This document shows positions 39,901-50,900 of a stretch of DNA of 64,000 nt, piece by piece. The notes beneath the pieces were generated by a model. It worked only from the letters and a program-made list of their open reading frames with translations. It did no database searches and was not told the origin of the DNA. The position numbers and the translations under genes are program-made. The DNA is from a virus: the IMG/VR virus record IMGVR_UViG_3300025872_000053, positions 1-64,000 of that record. The stretch is one strand, 5' to 3'. How positions within the stretch are numbered: position 1 is the first letter of the stretch; every line of letters begins with the position of its first letter.

Positions 39901-42269
39901 AAGCTGCTACATCTAAACCTGTAGGTATACAGCGTAAATATGTACGTCCAGAAGATATGTTAGTTAATCCTGGTGAGGTGAGTTCTCCTTATGGAACAGG
40001 ATATGATTTCCTTCAGGCGGAATCAGGAGCACTAATTGGTGGTAATCCTACAGAGATACAGAATATGTATAATCCTGGTACACTATATTCAGACTTAGGA
40101 TATGAACCTCTTGAAGATAGTAACCAAGTTAAACAGTTTGAACATGGAGGAAAAGCTCAGTTTGGAACTGTACAAGCTGGTCAACTTGGTAGCACGTTTG
40201 GTAGCTTCCTTGGTGGAGGTGGTGGACAACAATCAGGTGCTGGTACAATAGGTAGTGCTGTTGGTGGTATTGCTGGAAACCTTTTGCTTCCAGGAATTGG
40301 TGGTCCTATTGGTAGTGCTTTAGGTGGTCTTGTTGGTGGTGCTATTGGTGGACAGTCTCAGAGGAAGATGGAACAAATGCAAATGAGAGCTCAAGGTAAC
40401 TTGGGAACAGCAGCATTACAACAATCTTTACAAGGACAGTTCTCTGCATATATGGAAGATGGTGGTGAGCTTAAATACTTAAGTCATGATTGGCAGCCAC
40501 AAGTGATTACTAAGTTTGGTGAATATGATGTAAAAGATTTGTTGAAAGCTCCAAAGGATGCTGATATGCTCAGAGCTGGTGGTCATCTAAAAGAATACAC
40601 TCCTCCTAGTGAAAGTGCTATGTCTACAGAAAGACCTGATTTTCAAATGGGTGGAGAACTTCAAACACACTGGGGTGGATATGCAGAAACTATTTCTGAA
40701 AACCCATACCTACCAGATGGTGGTGAAACTGTAATGTTTAGAGGACAATCTCACGAAGAATCTGATGGTAAAGGAAGAACAGGTATTGGTATTACATATG
40801 GTAATAATCCTGTAGAAGTGGAAAGAGGTGAGCCTGCTGTAAAGCTTAAAGATGGTGGAACAGGACAAGACAGTATGGTAGTATTTGGTAATATGAAGAT
40901 TCCTTCATACGGAGCATCTGAACTTAATGATCCAAAAGCTAAAGGTATGAAGTTTAAAAGATATGCTGAAGACTTGAGTAAGATTGAGAACAAAGCTAAC
41001 AAGGTGAGTGACAAAGCATTAAAACTAATTGATGAAACTGATGGAGATGATCAGTTTGGTTTACTTTCTCTATCTACAGCTAATATTATGATGAAAGGAT
41101 CTGACATGAAACTTAAAGATGCAGCTATGAAAAAGCAACTTGCTGCTGGTATTCAAAGTGCTATTCTAGATACAGCAGAAGAATTAGGAATAGAGAACGA
41201 TGCTCTGGCTAAGGGTAAGATTAAATCTGCTAAGGGTGGAGGTAAATTCACTTCTGCTCAGGTAGGAATAAATCAACCTTTGACACCAATTCTTCCTGTA
41301 AATACATATTACAAAGTTCCAGTTAGAGAGAATGAGGTTATGAAAACTACTCCTGCTGTAGAAGAATTAATAAAACAACAACAGGCACAAGTTCCTCCAG
41401 TAAAAAAGAAGTCTTCTAAAGTTGCAAAAGCTGCTGCTACAGCTGCTCCTATAAAAAGAGAGTTAGCAAAGTTAGACTTTGAACCTAGAGAACTTTCAGA
41501 TATGAGTCCTATTGTAGAGGTGGATTCTTTAAAGACTACAACTCCTGGTATAGAAAAACTTAAAGCATTTGAAGCAGTTCAACCAACAGAAGATAAGTTT
41601 GATCTATTGGATTTTGCAAACATGCTAAGTCCATACACTAGACCACTCTTAAGGAATCCTCTTGACCCAGGTCAGCTTGCTCCAGAGATGATGGCTTTAG
41701 CTACAAATGTTGTAGAACCTGTTCAGGCTCAACAGTTTAGACCAATGTTAGAACAAGCTCCAACTGTGTCTTTCCAAGATCAGTTGAACGAAATACAGGC
41801 TGAAGCAAATGCTGCTAGAAGATTAGTAGGAAATAACCCAGCAGGTCAAGCAGCTATTGCAGCTCAAGCAGCTGCTGCTAAAAACAAGGTGTTGGGAGAA
41901 CAATTGAGAACTAATCAAATGATTCAATTAGAGTCTCGTAGAAGGAATTTGGCTACATTGAATGATGCCACTCTTAAGAATCTTGGTATACTTGACCAGC
42001 AGTTTATGAGACAAGCTCAGGCTAAATCTGCTACAAAAGCACAAGCTCAGGTGGCTCTTAGCTCAATCGCTGATAAGATTGCTAGGAATAAGGCTGAGAC
42101 ATTACAGGCTAATGTTATGTCAAATATGTATCCACAATATACATTTGGTCCTAAGGGTAGAGTGTTTAACACTGGGCTTACCAAGTTTAACATTCCTACT
42201 ATAGCAGAAAATGTTGATAAAAAGATGAGCAGAAATGGCTCTATTGTCAAAGCTATAAAAAACCTCTAA
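36906..42269 (+). CDS. giant internal/ejection-type protein (1787 aa) with glycine-zipper hydrophobic segment
   Basis: 'GSTFGSFLGGGGGQQSGAGTIGSAVGGIAGNLLLPGIGGPIGSALGGLVGGAIGG' (nt ~40195..40360); recurring 'GGE(L/M)K/Q' motifs; Ala/Gln-rich coiled-coil C-terminus; TAAATGG start coupling. Confidence 0.55.
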   Translation: MAKKLTSTKAKKILHDKTVHGKPLTDKQRRFFGAIASGAIPQAQNGIEGTMGGLTDIGFNYNGAWGGTMQDGGLTFLEPTSRKLPKGYVIPYNTPSTELAMSIGGVGNEPAYLIPSFKYGRLLEDPVAEFRKTGEHLGGPFKTYQEADEWERTVRHPYVEKGQSIPTPLKRWGKDFAMGGGIPGAVGFTYARTAGAAPANGPYAKKTKASAQDGKNVEYMELPEITVVGSKDKGTRDFYNNLIDTFSKGRNTNNPFVNQQVMGNYLGVMNLGKEYGFPKVKPETKSGIYKNAKGHYNPLTKTIYANNPDTWLSEMAHHVQMKDNVVGKGVQWLTNDLPAYLEKPMMELRNAFKYGINATPLDYSEDDFFEWSQSTPYSKKGTVEHEAHSVIEPMLKEKIKNARKDYKNSPVSEASKKRFRYEKRNLQNGGEMKYYQEGLDFKPKTISQDGSILTPYGQWEYPGEITTIPSNEITMQGVPYPVLGISDIGDVQMMYPGQDYTFDGKSVTEYPMMQGGGSLPTRGDSLRVYNAQLALNNFYNKEVKAGRLKKSTQLPFDVYPKIFDNELTSRNLEFYRETISDRKRRDQRGGGYFDDQYKKYFNLTPEQVKKLENQGLGITKSSTPNVEYYRDLITPMQNLASPFAVFDKRIKPQRVIGYSPASGDVGDYPGGEVSVYDYDPLAVKPYDLRTPQEKIEWEKRYGKPKKEKPDQFGLTKEDYITARKSKFVPTPGNKKGDGYYELKKDGKPYKIYTSSGGNSWVDVPSKPAPVKKTEQPKLQPLEPIKKIEQPKPVEKKQNVYEGTPVYSATVGSGGPSALVGFANQKGDTTFIKPEDYERFGVPKYGREYIEKATNKFRDGGISVNEADAQPIKKLDQLLNFTNYNDMAKAKKGKKLPKAQFGIPSEYNLNLAQYDPKTQMFNSPTGRISMYDTTSLGFTNTGSKMGAFTNINDVNNALGDMGGIGGASTQILGGVQQLLEERKQRQKTKQFAALSDVAVQAATSKPVGIQRKYVRPEDMLVNPGEVSSPYGTGYDFLQAESGALIGGNPTEIQNMYNPGTLYSDLGYEPLEDSNQVKQFEHGGKAQFGTVQAGQLGSTFGSFLGGGGGQQSGAGTIGSAVGGIAGNLLLPGIGGPIGSALGGLVGGAIGGQSQRKMEQMQMRAQGNLGTAALQQSLQGQFSAYMEDGGELKYLSHDWQPQVITKFGEYDVKDLLKAPKDADMLRAGGHLKEYTPPSESAMSTERPDFQMGGELQTHWGGYAETISENPYLPDGGETVMFRGQSHEESDGKGRTGIGITYGNNPVEVERGEPAVKLKDGGTGQDSMVVFGNMKIPSYGASELNDPKAKGMKFKRYAEDLSKIENKANKVSDKALKLIDETDGDDQFGLLSLSTANIMMKGSDMKLKDAAMKKQLAAGIQSAILDTAEELGIENDALAKGKIKSAKGGGKFTSAQVGINQPLTPILPVNTYYKVPVRENEVMKTTPAVEELIKQQQAQVPPVKKKSSKVAKAAATAAPIKRELAKLDFEPRELSDMSPIVEVDSLKTTTPGIEKLKAFEAVQPTEDKFDLLDFANMLSPYTRPLLRNPLDPGQLAPEMMALATNVVEPVQAQQFRPMLEQAPTVSFQDQLNEIQAEANAARRLVGNNPAGQAAIAAQAAAAKNKVLGEQLRTNQMIQLESRRRNLATLNDATLKNLGILDQQFMRQAQAKSATKAQAQVALSSIADKIARNKAETLQANVMSNMYPQYTFGPKGRVFNTGLTKFNIPTIAENVDKKMSRNGSIVKAIKNL

Positions 42270-42310
42270 CTAATTCAGTTATACCAACTTATGAAAACTC
42301 GTTAGAGCTC

Positions 42311-42341
42311 TTGGTTGTTATAATATTTTAAATTAAATTTG
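42311..42341 (+). promoter_or_regulatory. candidate promoter for giant-gene operon
   Basis: cTTG (42311..) - 20 nt - TAaaTTTG (42334..42341, exact TAnnTTTG), 15 nt before ATG. Confidence 0.35.
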
Positions 42342-42356
42342 CTAACTTAATCTATC

Positions 42357-44939
42357 ATGGCTTCATTTACTGACCAAATAATGCAATTTAACCCCTATGT
42401 TCAGCAATTGCCTGTTGAGGCAATGGCTCAGGTGGGTATGTACAAACAGCAGAAGTATGAAGAGGGAGTACAGAAAGTACAGAGCTATATTGATAATGTA
42501 GCTGGATTAGATGTAACCAAACCTTTACACAAGCAATATCTTCAGTCTAAGCTTAATCAACTAGGTAGTAAGTTAAAAACAGTTGCTGCTGGTGACTTCT
42601 CAAACTTCCAATTGGTTAACTCTGTAGGAGGTATGGCTACTCAGGTGGTAAAAGATCCTGTTGTTCAAAACGCTGTATACTCAACTCAAAAGATAAGAAA
42701 GGGTCAACAAGATAGAGACACTGCTGACAAAGCTGGAAAAGCTTCTCCTGAAAATGACTGGTGGTGGACAAGTCAGATCAATGACTGGATGAACGATAAT
42801 AACCTTAATACTAAGTTTGATAGAGATTATATTGAGTATGTAGACGTTGATTCTAAACTTAGAGAGGTTGCTGAGAAAGTTAAAGAGATAGATAACTCTT
42901 TTGATATTCCTTACCAGAGAGATAAAAATGGTGACTTTGTCCGTGATAAGAATGGTAACCCTGTGATTGATGATGCTATGCTTCGCATCAAGACTAAAGG
43001 TAAGTCTGCTCAAAAGCTACTTGACAATTTCTACTCTAGCTTAGATGAGAGAGAAAAGCAACAGTTGAGCATCACTGGAATGTATCATTACAGAGGAGCA
43101 ACAAAAGACACATTCAAAAAAGATATCCAAGATACATACAACAAGAATAAGAAAATGTTGTCTGATGAGGTGGTTGATTTAGCAGTGGAGCTTAAGAACA
43201 ACACAAATCTTACAGCTACCCAAAGAGCAGAGAAAGAAGCACAGATTAATAGAATAAACAGTGTTCTACAAAGTGGAAGTCTTGAGAATAAACTTCAAAC
43301 AGATCTTTCACAGATAGATAACATCTCTAACTTAAACGATTATAAGTCAAGACTATACACTCAAAAGTATCTGACCAACTTGGCTCAAGATATGTCTTAC
43401 CAAAGCTATATTCAGGAAATCCAGAACAATCCTTATGCTCAGATGAATATGCAAAAGAAGGATTTAGAGTTTAAAGTGAATAGAGCTAGGCAGGAACATT
43501 CAGAGTGGTTAGCTAGTCATAACCTGCAGGTAATGAAGTTCCAAGCTGAGGAAACAGAAAGAGTAAGAAAAGCAATGCTTGAATCTCCTGTTGTAACTCC
43601 TGGAGCTATTTCTACAAGTACAAAGATGCCTACTCTTGCTGAACTTAATACACAAATAGAAGCTGCTGGTCAAGCATCAAAACAGCTTGATTCAGAATAT
43701 GCTTCTCAATTGTTTCCAAAACTATCAGCAGGTGAAAGACAAAAGGCTTTACAAAAGCTTGTTGATGATTATAACATTAATCCAAGAAACATAAAAGATC
43801 CTTTACAAAAAGAATATGTAGAAAGAAAGAGAGGATTTGAAATAGACATTGCACAGAAAAACAACTTGTTTAAAACTGTGCATGAAGGAAGTAAGCAGTT
43901 TGACCAACAGATTGGTAGACTCATGGGGTCTGAAACTGGTGTCAACTTTACAAACGGTCAACAGCTTTACAGCGCAGAAGAACTTTTCTCTGTAGTGAAT
44001 GATGCTAAAAAGTTTATAAAGAGTGAAGTTGCTACCTTTGGAGGAGTTGAACCAAAAGTAACATTTGATGCAGAAGGATTAATGGCTAAGTATAAAGGAA
44101 CTAAGTACGAACCAATTGCAAAAGCTTACGTTAAACGTAATCAGAATCAACCTTTAACTACTTTTGAAAAGTCACTTATTGATAGAGGTATTTCTCTTGA
44201 TAGAAAATATCAACCAGCTCTTGCAGGAGTAGTTAAACAAAAACTTGATTATCAATCAGCTGAGTTAGCTAAGAGAATGCCTGAGTATCAAGTAGCTGTT
44301 GGTACAATAGACTCAAAGAATGAAAATGTCAAGAGACGTATTGACAATCTTTTAGGAAACAAGTTTCGTGAATACGAAGCACTTGGTGCAGTGGATGTTG
44401 AACGTAAAGGACAATTCAACCCTGCTACTATTACAGAGCTTCAGAAGAATCCTAATACAAAATACACTATTGAGAAGAAAGGTGATGGTAGTGCTAATAT
44501 GATTGTTACTGATGGATCAACTACTCAAATAGTTCCAATGACTGCTAATGAATTTGGTTCTTTCTTCCCAGACTATGCACAAACACATCCTTTAAATAGT
44601 ATTAAGTATGCTGTAATGTCATCACCAAATCACACTACAAATCTTGCTGGTGGGAATGATGAGACTGCTGCTGTTAATGCTTATTTCACTGGATACAATA
44701 TTCCTGGTTTAGCAAAAACTGCAATAGCTCCTAAAGTTAGACTAGATGTAGAAGGTAATCCGTTTAATAATGGTGGTCCTAATGATAAGTATAGTGTTAG
44801 AATGTATGTGTATGATGGTAATGTATGGAAGACAGATATTCTTAACCAACAAGGATTCCTTACAGAAGATGGTGTACTTGGAGTAATTAACAATATTGGA
44901 ACAAACACTGTAGAAGATCTACTGAAAAAAAATAGATAA
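42357..44939 (+). CDS. large hypothetical protein (860 aa), first of coupled trio
   Basis: Stop/start TAAATAATGG with following 3969-aa gene. Confidence 0.55.
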   Translation: MASFTDQIMQFNPYVQQLPVEAMAQVGMYKQQKYEEGVQKVQSYIDNVAGLDVTKPLHKQYLQSKLNQLGSKLKTVAAGDFSNFQLVNSVGGMATQVVKDPVVQNAVYSTQKIRKGQQDRDTADKAGKASPENDWWWTSQINDWMNDNNLNTKFDRDYIEYVDVDSKLREVAEKVKEIDNSFDIPYQRDKNGDFVRDKNGNPVIDDAMLRIKTKGKSAQKLLDNFYSSLDEREKQQLSITGMYHYRGATKDTFKKDIQDTYNKNKKMLSDEVVDLAVELKNNTNLTATQRAEKEAQINRINSVLQSGSLENKLQTDLSQIDNISNLNDYKSRLYTQKYLTNLAQDMSYQSYIQEIQNNPYAQMNMQKKDLEFKVNRARQEHSEWLASHNLQVMKFQAEETERVRKAMLESPVVTPGAISTSTKMPTLAELNTQIEAAGQASKQLDSEYASQLFPKLSAGERQKALQKLVDDYNINPRNIKDPLQKEYVERKRGFEIDIAQKNNLFKTVHEGSKQFDQQIGRLMGSETGVNFTNGQQLYSAEELFSVVNDAKKFIKSEVATFGGVEPKVTFDAEGLMAKYKGTKYEPIAKAYVKRNQNQPLTTFEKSLIDRGISLDRKYQPALAGVVKQKLDYQSAELAKRMPEYQVAVGTIDSKNENVKRRIDNLLGNKFREYEALGAVDVERKGQFNPATITELQKNPNTKYTIEKKGDGSANMIVTDGSTTQIVPMTANEFGSFFPDYAQTHPLNSIKYAVMSSPNHTTNLAGGNDETAAVNAYFTGYNIPGLAKTAIAPKVRLDVEGNPFNNGGPNDKYSVRMYVYDGNVWKTDILNQQGFLTEDGVLGVINNIGTNTVEDLLKKNR

Positions 44940-44942
44940 ATA

Positions 44943-47900
44943 ATGGCTATTTTTGATAACGAACTTATTGATAACGTTTCTAATAGAACTCCTGAGAGTC
45001 CTAAACAACTTCTTCCATCTCCTACAGTGAGAGATGTTGATGTTAGTCTTGGTGGTTTTGAAGTATATGGTAATCCAAGTTCTGGAAAAACAGGGTTGAG
45101 CATTGATCAACTTTCTGAGTTTTCTGGAGTTAGAACTAACCAGTCTTCTTTCAGTAGTCCTGTGCAGATGGTTCCAAGAAGTGAGCTTCTTGCAAATCAG
45201 CGTTATTCAAATTATCAAAGAGGTGTAGATCTTGAAAATGTATATGGATTAAGTCAAAGCTGGTACGATCAGCTAGGAAATGGCATCATTAAAATGGGAG
45301 GTCTTGGTGTAGGTACATTCTTACAAAGTTTTGCTACCATCCCAAACACAATGGCTGCTGTTAAGAATGGTAAACTCTCTGACCTATCTGGAGGAACAGA
45401 TGGTTATGAAGCTGCTATTGATAACTGGACAAAGAACTTAGAAGACATCTTCCCAAACTATTACACTCGTGAGGAACAAAAACATCCTTACTTAGCAATG
45501 CTTCCTTTTGCTCCAGGTTCTGCAAACTTCTGGGGTGATAAGGTTATTAAGAATCTTGGTTTTACAGCAGGTGCTATTGGTGGAGCAGTTGCTCAGGATG
45601 CAGCAATAGGTCTTGTAACAGAGGGTGTTGGAGCAGTTCCATTAATCTCTGCTCAATTAGGTAAAGCTGCTCTTTTCTTAAATAAGATATTCACTGGAAC
45701 AAATAATGTAGAGAAGGCACTTGATATAGCAAAAGCATCAGGTGTTGCTGCTGATACAATACTAGATGTTAAAAAGCTAGGTGATATTGCTGCATATACA
45801 AAAGTTGCTGATGGGTTTAGATATGGTATGGCTTTATATGGATCAGCAAGAACTGAGGCTGCTATTGAAGCTAGAGATTCCTATCGCACTGTAAGAGAAG
45901 ATCTTTTAAAACAATATAAAATTGAGAATGCTGGTGTTGATCCTACAGGAGAAGATGCTGAGCAAATCGAAGATTATGCAACCAGTGCAATGAATACCAG
46001 ATTTGGTATTAACATGGCACTACTGACAGCATCTAATGCTATTCAGTTTGGAAACTTATTTAAATCATTTACATCTGCAAACAAAGCTGTTTCAGGTCAA
46101 CTTACAAGAGAACTTGAAGATATCGGTAAGATAGGTTTGAAGGAAGGATCAAAAGATGTATTTGAAGCAAAGGTTGCTACAGGATTAAAAGATAGAATCT
46201 GGGAATCTGTTAGACCAAAGATGGCAAACATCCTAGTAGAAGGTGTATATGAAGAAGGTGGTCAATATGCTGCTGAGAAAGGTGTGTATGATTATTACAC
46301 AAGAAAGTATAAGAACCTATCTAATCCAAAGAATAAAGAAAACTGGGACACTGTAAATGAAACAATAAGTTCTACACTTACAGGATTAAAGAATCAGTTT
46401 GGTACTTCAGAAGGATTGGAGAACATGATGGTGGGTGCAATTAGTGCTCTCATCACAGGTGGTATAATGGGAAGAGTTGATGCAGCTAAAGGACAAGGAA
46501 AAGAAGCACGTTTACAAAGCTCAGTTAATCTTCTTAACCAATACGGACTCACTGGAATATTGTCTAACCAATATGACAATACATTAAGTTCTGCTGCTAT
46601 TGCTAAAGAGATGGATGAAGCTGCAAAGACTGGTGACATCTTTAAATATAAGAATCTTAAGAACGACATGTTCTTCAACTTTGTACAATCACGTATTCCT
46701 TCAGGAATGCACGATGTTACAATTGAACAGTTGAGGATGTTAAAAGATTTGGACAAAACTGAATTTGAGAAGTCATTTGGTATGGACTTCAATTCTTCTA
46801 ATAAGTCCACTGTAAATGAATATGTAGATTCACTAATCAATGAAGCTAATCAAATTAAGAAGATTAGTGATTCAATTGATTTCACATTCAAGAATCCTTT
46901 CAAGAAGATAGATAATCCAACCACTGAAGAGCAGGCTGGTGAAACAATGAACTTCATGCTGTTTAATCAGTGGAAGACAGAACTTACCTATCTTGCAGCA
47001 AAGGTTCCACATGTAAACAACAGACTTAGCTCTGTACAAGAAAGTGTTAGCAATCTTGCTCCTGCTGTTACAAATGACTTATTAGCTCAGTTGACTAACA
47101 AGGAACTTCTTAAAGATCTTAGTGCATCTTATGAGGAAAGAGCTAATCAGTTAAATAAAACTATTACAGACTTTACATCTCCTCAAGATAGAAAGAGTAT
47201 AAAGGATCAAGTTAAAGCATTGCGTACAGCTTCTGAGAGAATCAATCTTGGTTTGAAAGATGGTGTAGACAATAAGCTATTTGATTACTTACTTAATTTT
47301 GAACTTAATAATCAAGATCCAAAAGCTGATAGACAAGTTGGTCCAGAAAAGTCTGTTGACTTGTTTAATTATGGTCATGATATCAACAGGCTTAATGCTT
47401 TGAAAGATAGAGTGGTTGATTTGTATGACAACCTCACTAGTGAAGAAGGATTTAACAAGTTCATGGAACAAGGAGAAGAATTACGTTCTGGTGCTGTTCC
47501 TGAGGAAGAAACTAAAGAAGAGGTTGTTGAAGTTAAAGAAGGTCCTAAGTTTACAAACAAGGCTGGTGTTAAAGAAACATTTGAGGAAGGTAGAGAATAT
47601 GAAATCCCTGTAAGTAAGAAGGCTAGAGTTAGGAAAGTGGGTGCTGATAGATTCAAAGTAACTCTACCTGATGGTACAGCTACATTCTATCCTACAAGAG
47701 AAGAAGCAGTTGCTGCAGCTGCTGAAGTAAATGAAGAATTTGGTAACCTTCAGAAAGTGAAAGTGCTTGGTATCAATGATGATGGTACAGTGAAGGTTGA
47801 AGATATTAATGGTGATATATACAATCTTGATCCATCTAAGTTTGATGGATATGAAAAGATAATGAGTGCTCAGGAGAAGTTGATGAAGGATAAAAGTGAT

Positions 47901-50900
47901 ATTGAAGCTGAGCAGGCAGAACTTGAAAAGTCTTCTGGTTCTATAGGAACAGACACTCTTGATAACGATATTAAGAAGATTGTTATTGAGGATCCTAAGA
48001 AGGATGCTAATATATTATATACATCTGATACAGGAGCATCTGAAGATTGGGAAGCAGGTAATCTTAAGGCTTATTCTATTAGGAGAATTGAGTTTCTTAA
48101 TAACGTGAAACTTATGTCTAATAGAGGAAGACTTAAAGTAATTCTTGTCACTCCTAAACAAAAGATTCCTGGATTGGAGAATCTTCCAAGTCTTGCATTT
48201 GAAGGACTAGGTGTTACAGAAGATCAATTTAGTGATCCAACTGTAGGACTAGTTGCTGCAATATATGTAGAACAAGATGGTAATGATTACTATTATGTGA
48301 ATGTTGCTGGTAGAAGACTTGCAAAGGTTGGAGAACCAGTAGATATTGAGTCTATTGTATTTGGTACAATGCCTACAGCATCTCTTACATGGAGCAATGG
48401 AAAGCCTAGATATAGGTCTAGTCAAAAGACTGAAGCTGAGGAAATGTCTAAGAGATGGCAGGCTAAAAGAGATGAGTTGTTCAATGCTCCTGAAGGAACA
48501 TTCCAAGCTTACTCTTTTTCTGTAAGCAAAGGTATTCCTGAGGTGAATGATTACTATGATGTAAATGCTGTAGGAGACAATCTTATTCCTGAGAATATGA
48601 TTCCTACACAGGAAGGACTTATTCAAATATCAACTACAGGGTTTGTTGCTCATCAGGGTGAGAACGTATCTATCCCTGCAGGTAGACCAGCTCTTCAGTT
48701 TGGTGAAACTTTAATGTTCCTTAATAACAGGAAATTTACAAAGCAAGAGGCTGAAACAATATTTGAATTATTGAATCGCATCTCTAATGAGATAAAGGAT
48801 CAGTCTGATGCTAATGAGAAGATAAAGATTAACAAGAAGATTGCAAGATTTCTTCAGAACGTCTTATACTGGAGAAAGTCTCCTTCTACCAAAGGTAATC
48901 AACTGTACATTGATACAGACGGAATGAACTTGTTCTTTGGTGGTAAAGCTTATGACTTAACAAACCTTGAAGCTAGCAGAGATGAATTGATTGCTCAGAT
49001 TCAAGAGATGTATAATAATGTGAACAACGAAACTTTAAAAGCATTTGGAGAACCGTTCACAGAATACTATATGAAAGATGGTAAGGTTGTTACAAATGAA
49101 TGGACAAACTACCAAACATATCTTCTTTCATCATCTTTCCCTGATGGTTCAGCTAGATCTGAAAAACAAATTCCTCTTTCTACAGCTGTAGCTAAACCTA
49201 CAGAAGCTGTTCCATACAACTTCAAACAGAAGTATGCAATCCTCCAAGGATTAGATCTTCCTGTTGTATCTGTTAAGAAGGAAGAAGTTAAACCTACAGA
49301 ACCTACTCCTGGAGCTCCTAGTGCTGTAAAGGTTGGTGACTATGTGTTAGATGGTCAAACAAAGAATACATATCAATTAACTGCTGGTCCTGTTGAGTTT
49401 ACAGCAGATATTGATGCAGATGATAATATATCAGTTAGTGTTGAATCTAATGATGTAGTTAGAAATGTTGCTTCTAACAAAGAAACTATGGCTACCATCA
49501 TTGAATCTCTCAAAAAACAAGAAAGGTTTGATGCTGCTAAAGATGAAGAGCAACTTGCTCTTGATTTTATTGCATTAAGAATCACAGCAGATTTAAAGAA
49601 ACAGAAGTCTGAACAAGCTCCTACAACAGCAGCTGTATTACAGCCAGATGTTTCTCCTCTTGCACAAGCACAAGGAACAGCTAGAACAGAGCCTGTTGTT
49701 ACAGCAACTCCTGTTTCTGATATAGAAGCTAAGAAAGCTGACATAGAAAAGAGAAGACAAGAAGAATTAAAAAGTGTCGAACCATATAAAGCAGTATTTG
49801 ATGCTGTTAAAAAAGCAAATGTAGACACAGATAGTGTAGAGTCTTTAAACAAAATAAAACAAGATGCTATTGATTTAAAGATAATTGATGCATCAGCAGG
49901 TAATAGTTTTGTAAGAAGCAATGGTTCTAAATTTACATCTGAAGAGAATGTTTTTGTAATTGAACCAACTAATAAAATCAATGCTAAGTATGACGCAGAG
50001 TTAGCTGCTTTAGAAGAAAAACCTGCTGCACCTAAGAACTTTGGTGGAACCAAACCTCCTGCAAATAGTGAATATAGAAGAGTGGGTACTTTAGGAATAG
50101 ATAGAATCAGTGATGCAGAGATTGAGTTGTTTAAGATATGGGCTGCTGATAAAGTTCCTGGTATTCCTTATGAGGTGATGGAGAGCATTCTTACAACACA
50201 CGATGGTGAGAAAGCATGGGGTGCATTTGAAAATGGTGTTGCTAAGTTTTACAAGTCTGCAGCTAGAGGTACAGAATACCACGAGATATTTGAGGGTATA
50301 TGGAAAGGATTCCTTTCTCCAGAAGAAAGACAAGCTATTCTAGATGAGTTTAAATCTAAGAAGGGTGAGTTCAAAGATAGGCAGTCTGGTAAGATGATTG
50401 CATATGTAGATGCTACAGATCAGCAAGCTAAAGAAAGAATTGCTGATGACTTTGCAGATTTTAAAGTGGGTAAGCTCCCAGCTCGCTCCTTAGGAGAAAG
50501 AATAGTTAAGTTCTTCAGAAGCATTATTGAATTTGTAAAGCAGTTTGTAAACAAACCTTCTAGAAAGGAAGAATTGTTCAAAGCTATTGATACAGGTAGA
50601 TTTAAAGAAAGCGTTCTTCCAGAAAGTGTAAAGAATGACTTTTCTGAATACAGAGCTGTAGAAGGATTGAATGAAAAACAAACCAGAGAGTTTGTTGAGG
50701 ACATCACTGCTAGAGCTTTCCAAATTATATTCAGAACTAATACATCATTGTTCTCCCCAGAGAAACTTACAGCTCCTCAGATATTTGATGACATAAAAGC
50801 TCAATATGAAGAAGAGGGTAAGTTAGAGATTCTTGGAGAGAAAGCATGGAGTGAACTTGTTGGAAAGACAAAAGACTTCTTGCGTACGTTCAAGATTGAG

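Noticed and set aside
49426-49442. Second DxDxD (DIDADD, aa ~1490) in the 3969-aa protein as alternative RNAP catalytic site
   Set aside because: No flanking similarity to RNAP motifs. A bare DxDxD is expected about once by chance in 4000 aa at this Asp frequency.
49373-50053. 226-aa minus-strand ORF inside the 3969-aa gene (and other 60-150-aa antisense ORFs inside giant genes, e.g. 46394..46840, 56700..57176, 44681..45103)
   Set aside because: Entirely nested antisense to long uninterrupted plus-strand genes with clear coupling; Ser/Leu/Ala-rich low-complexity translations typical of antisense frames.
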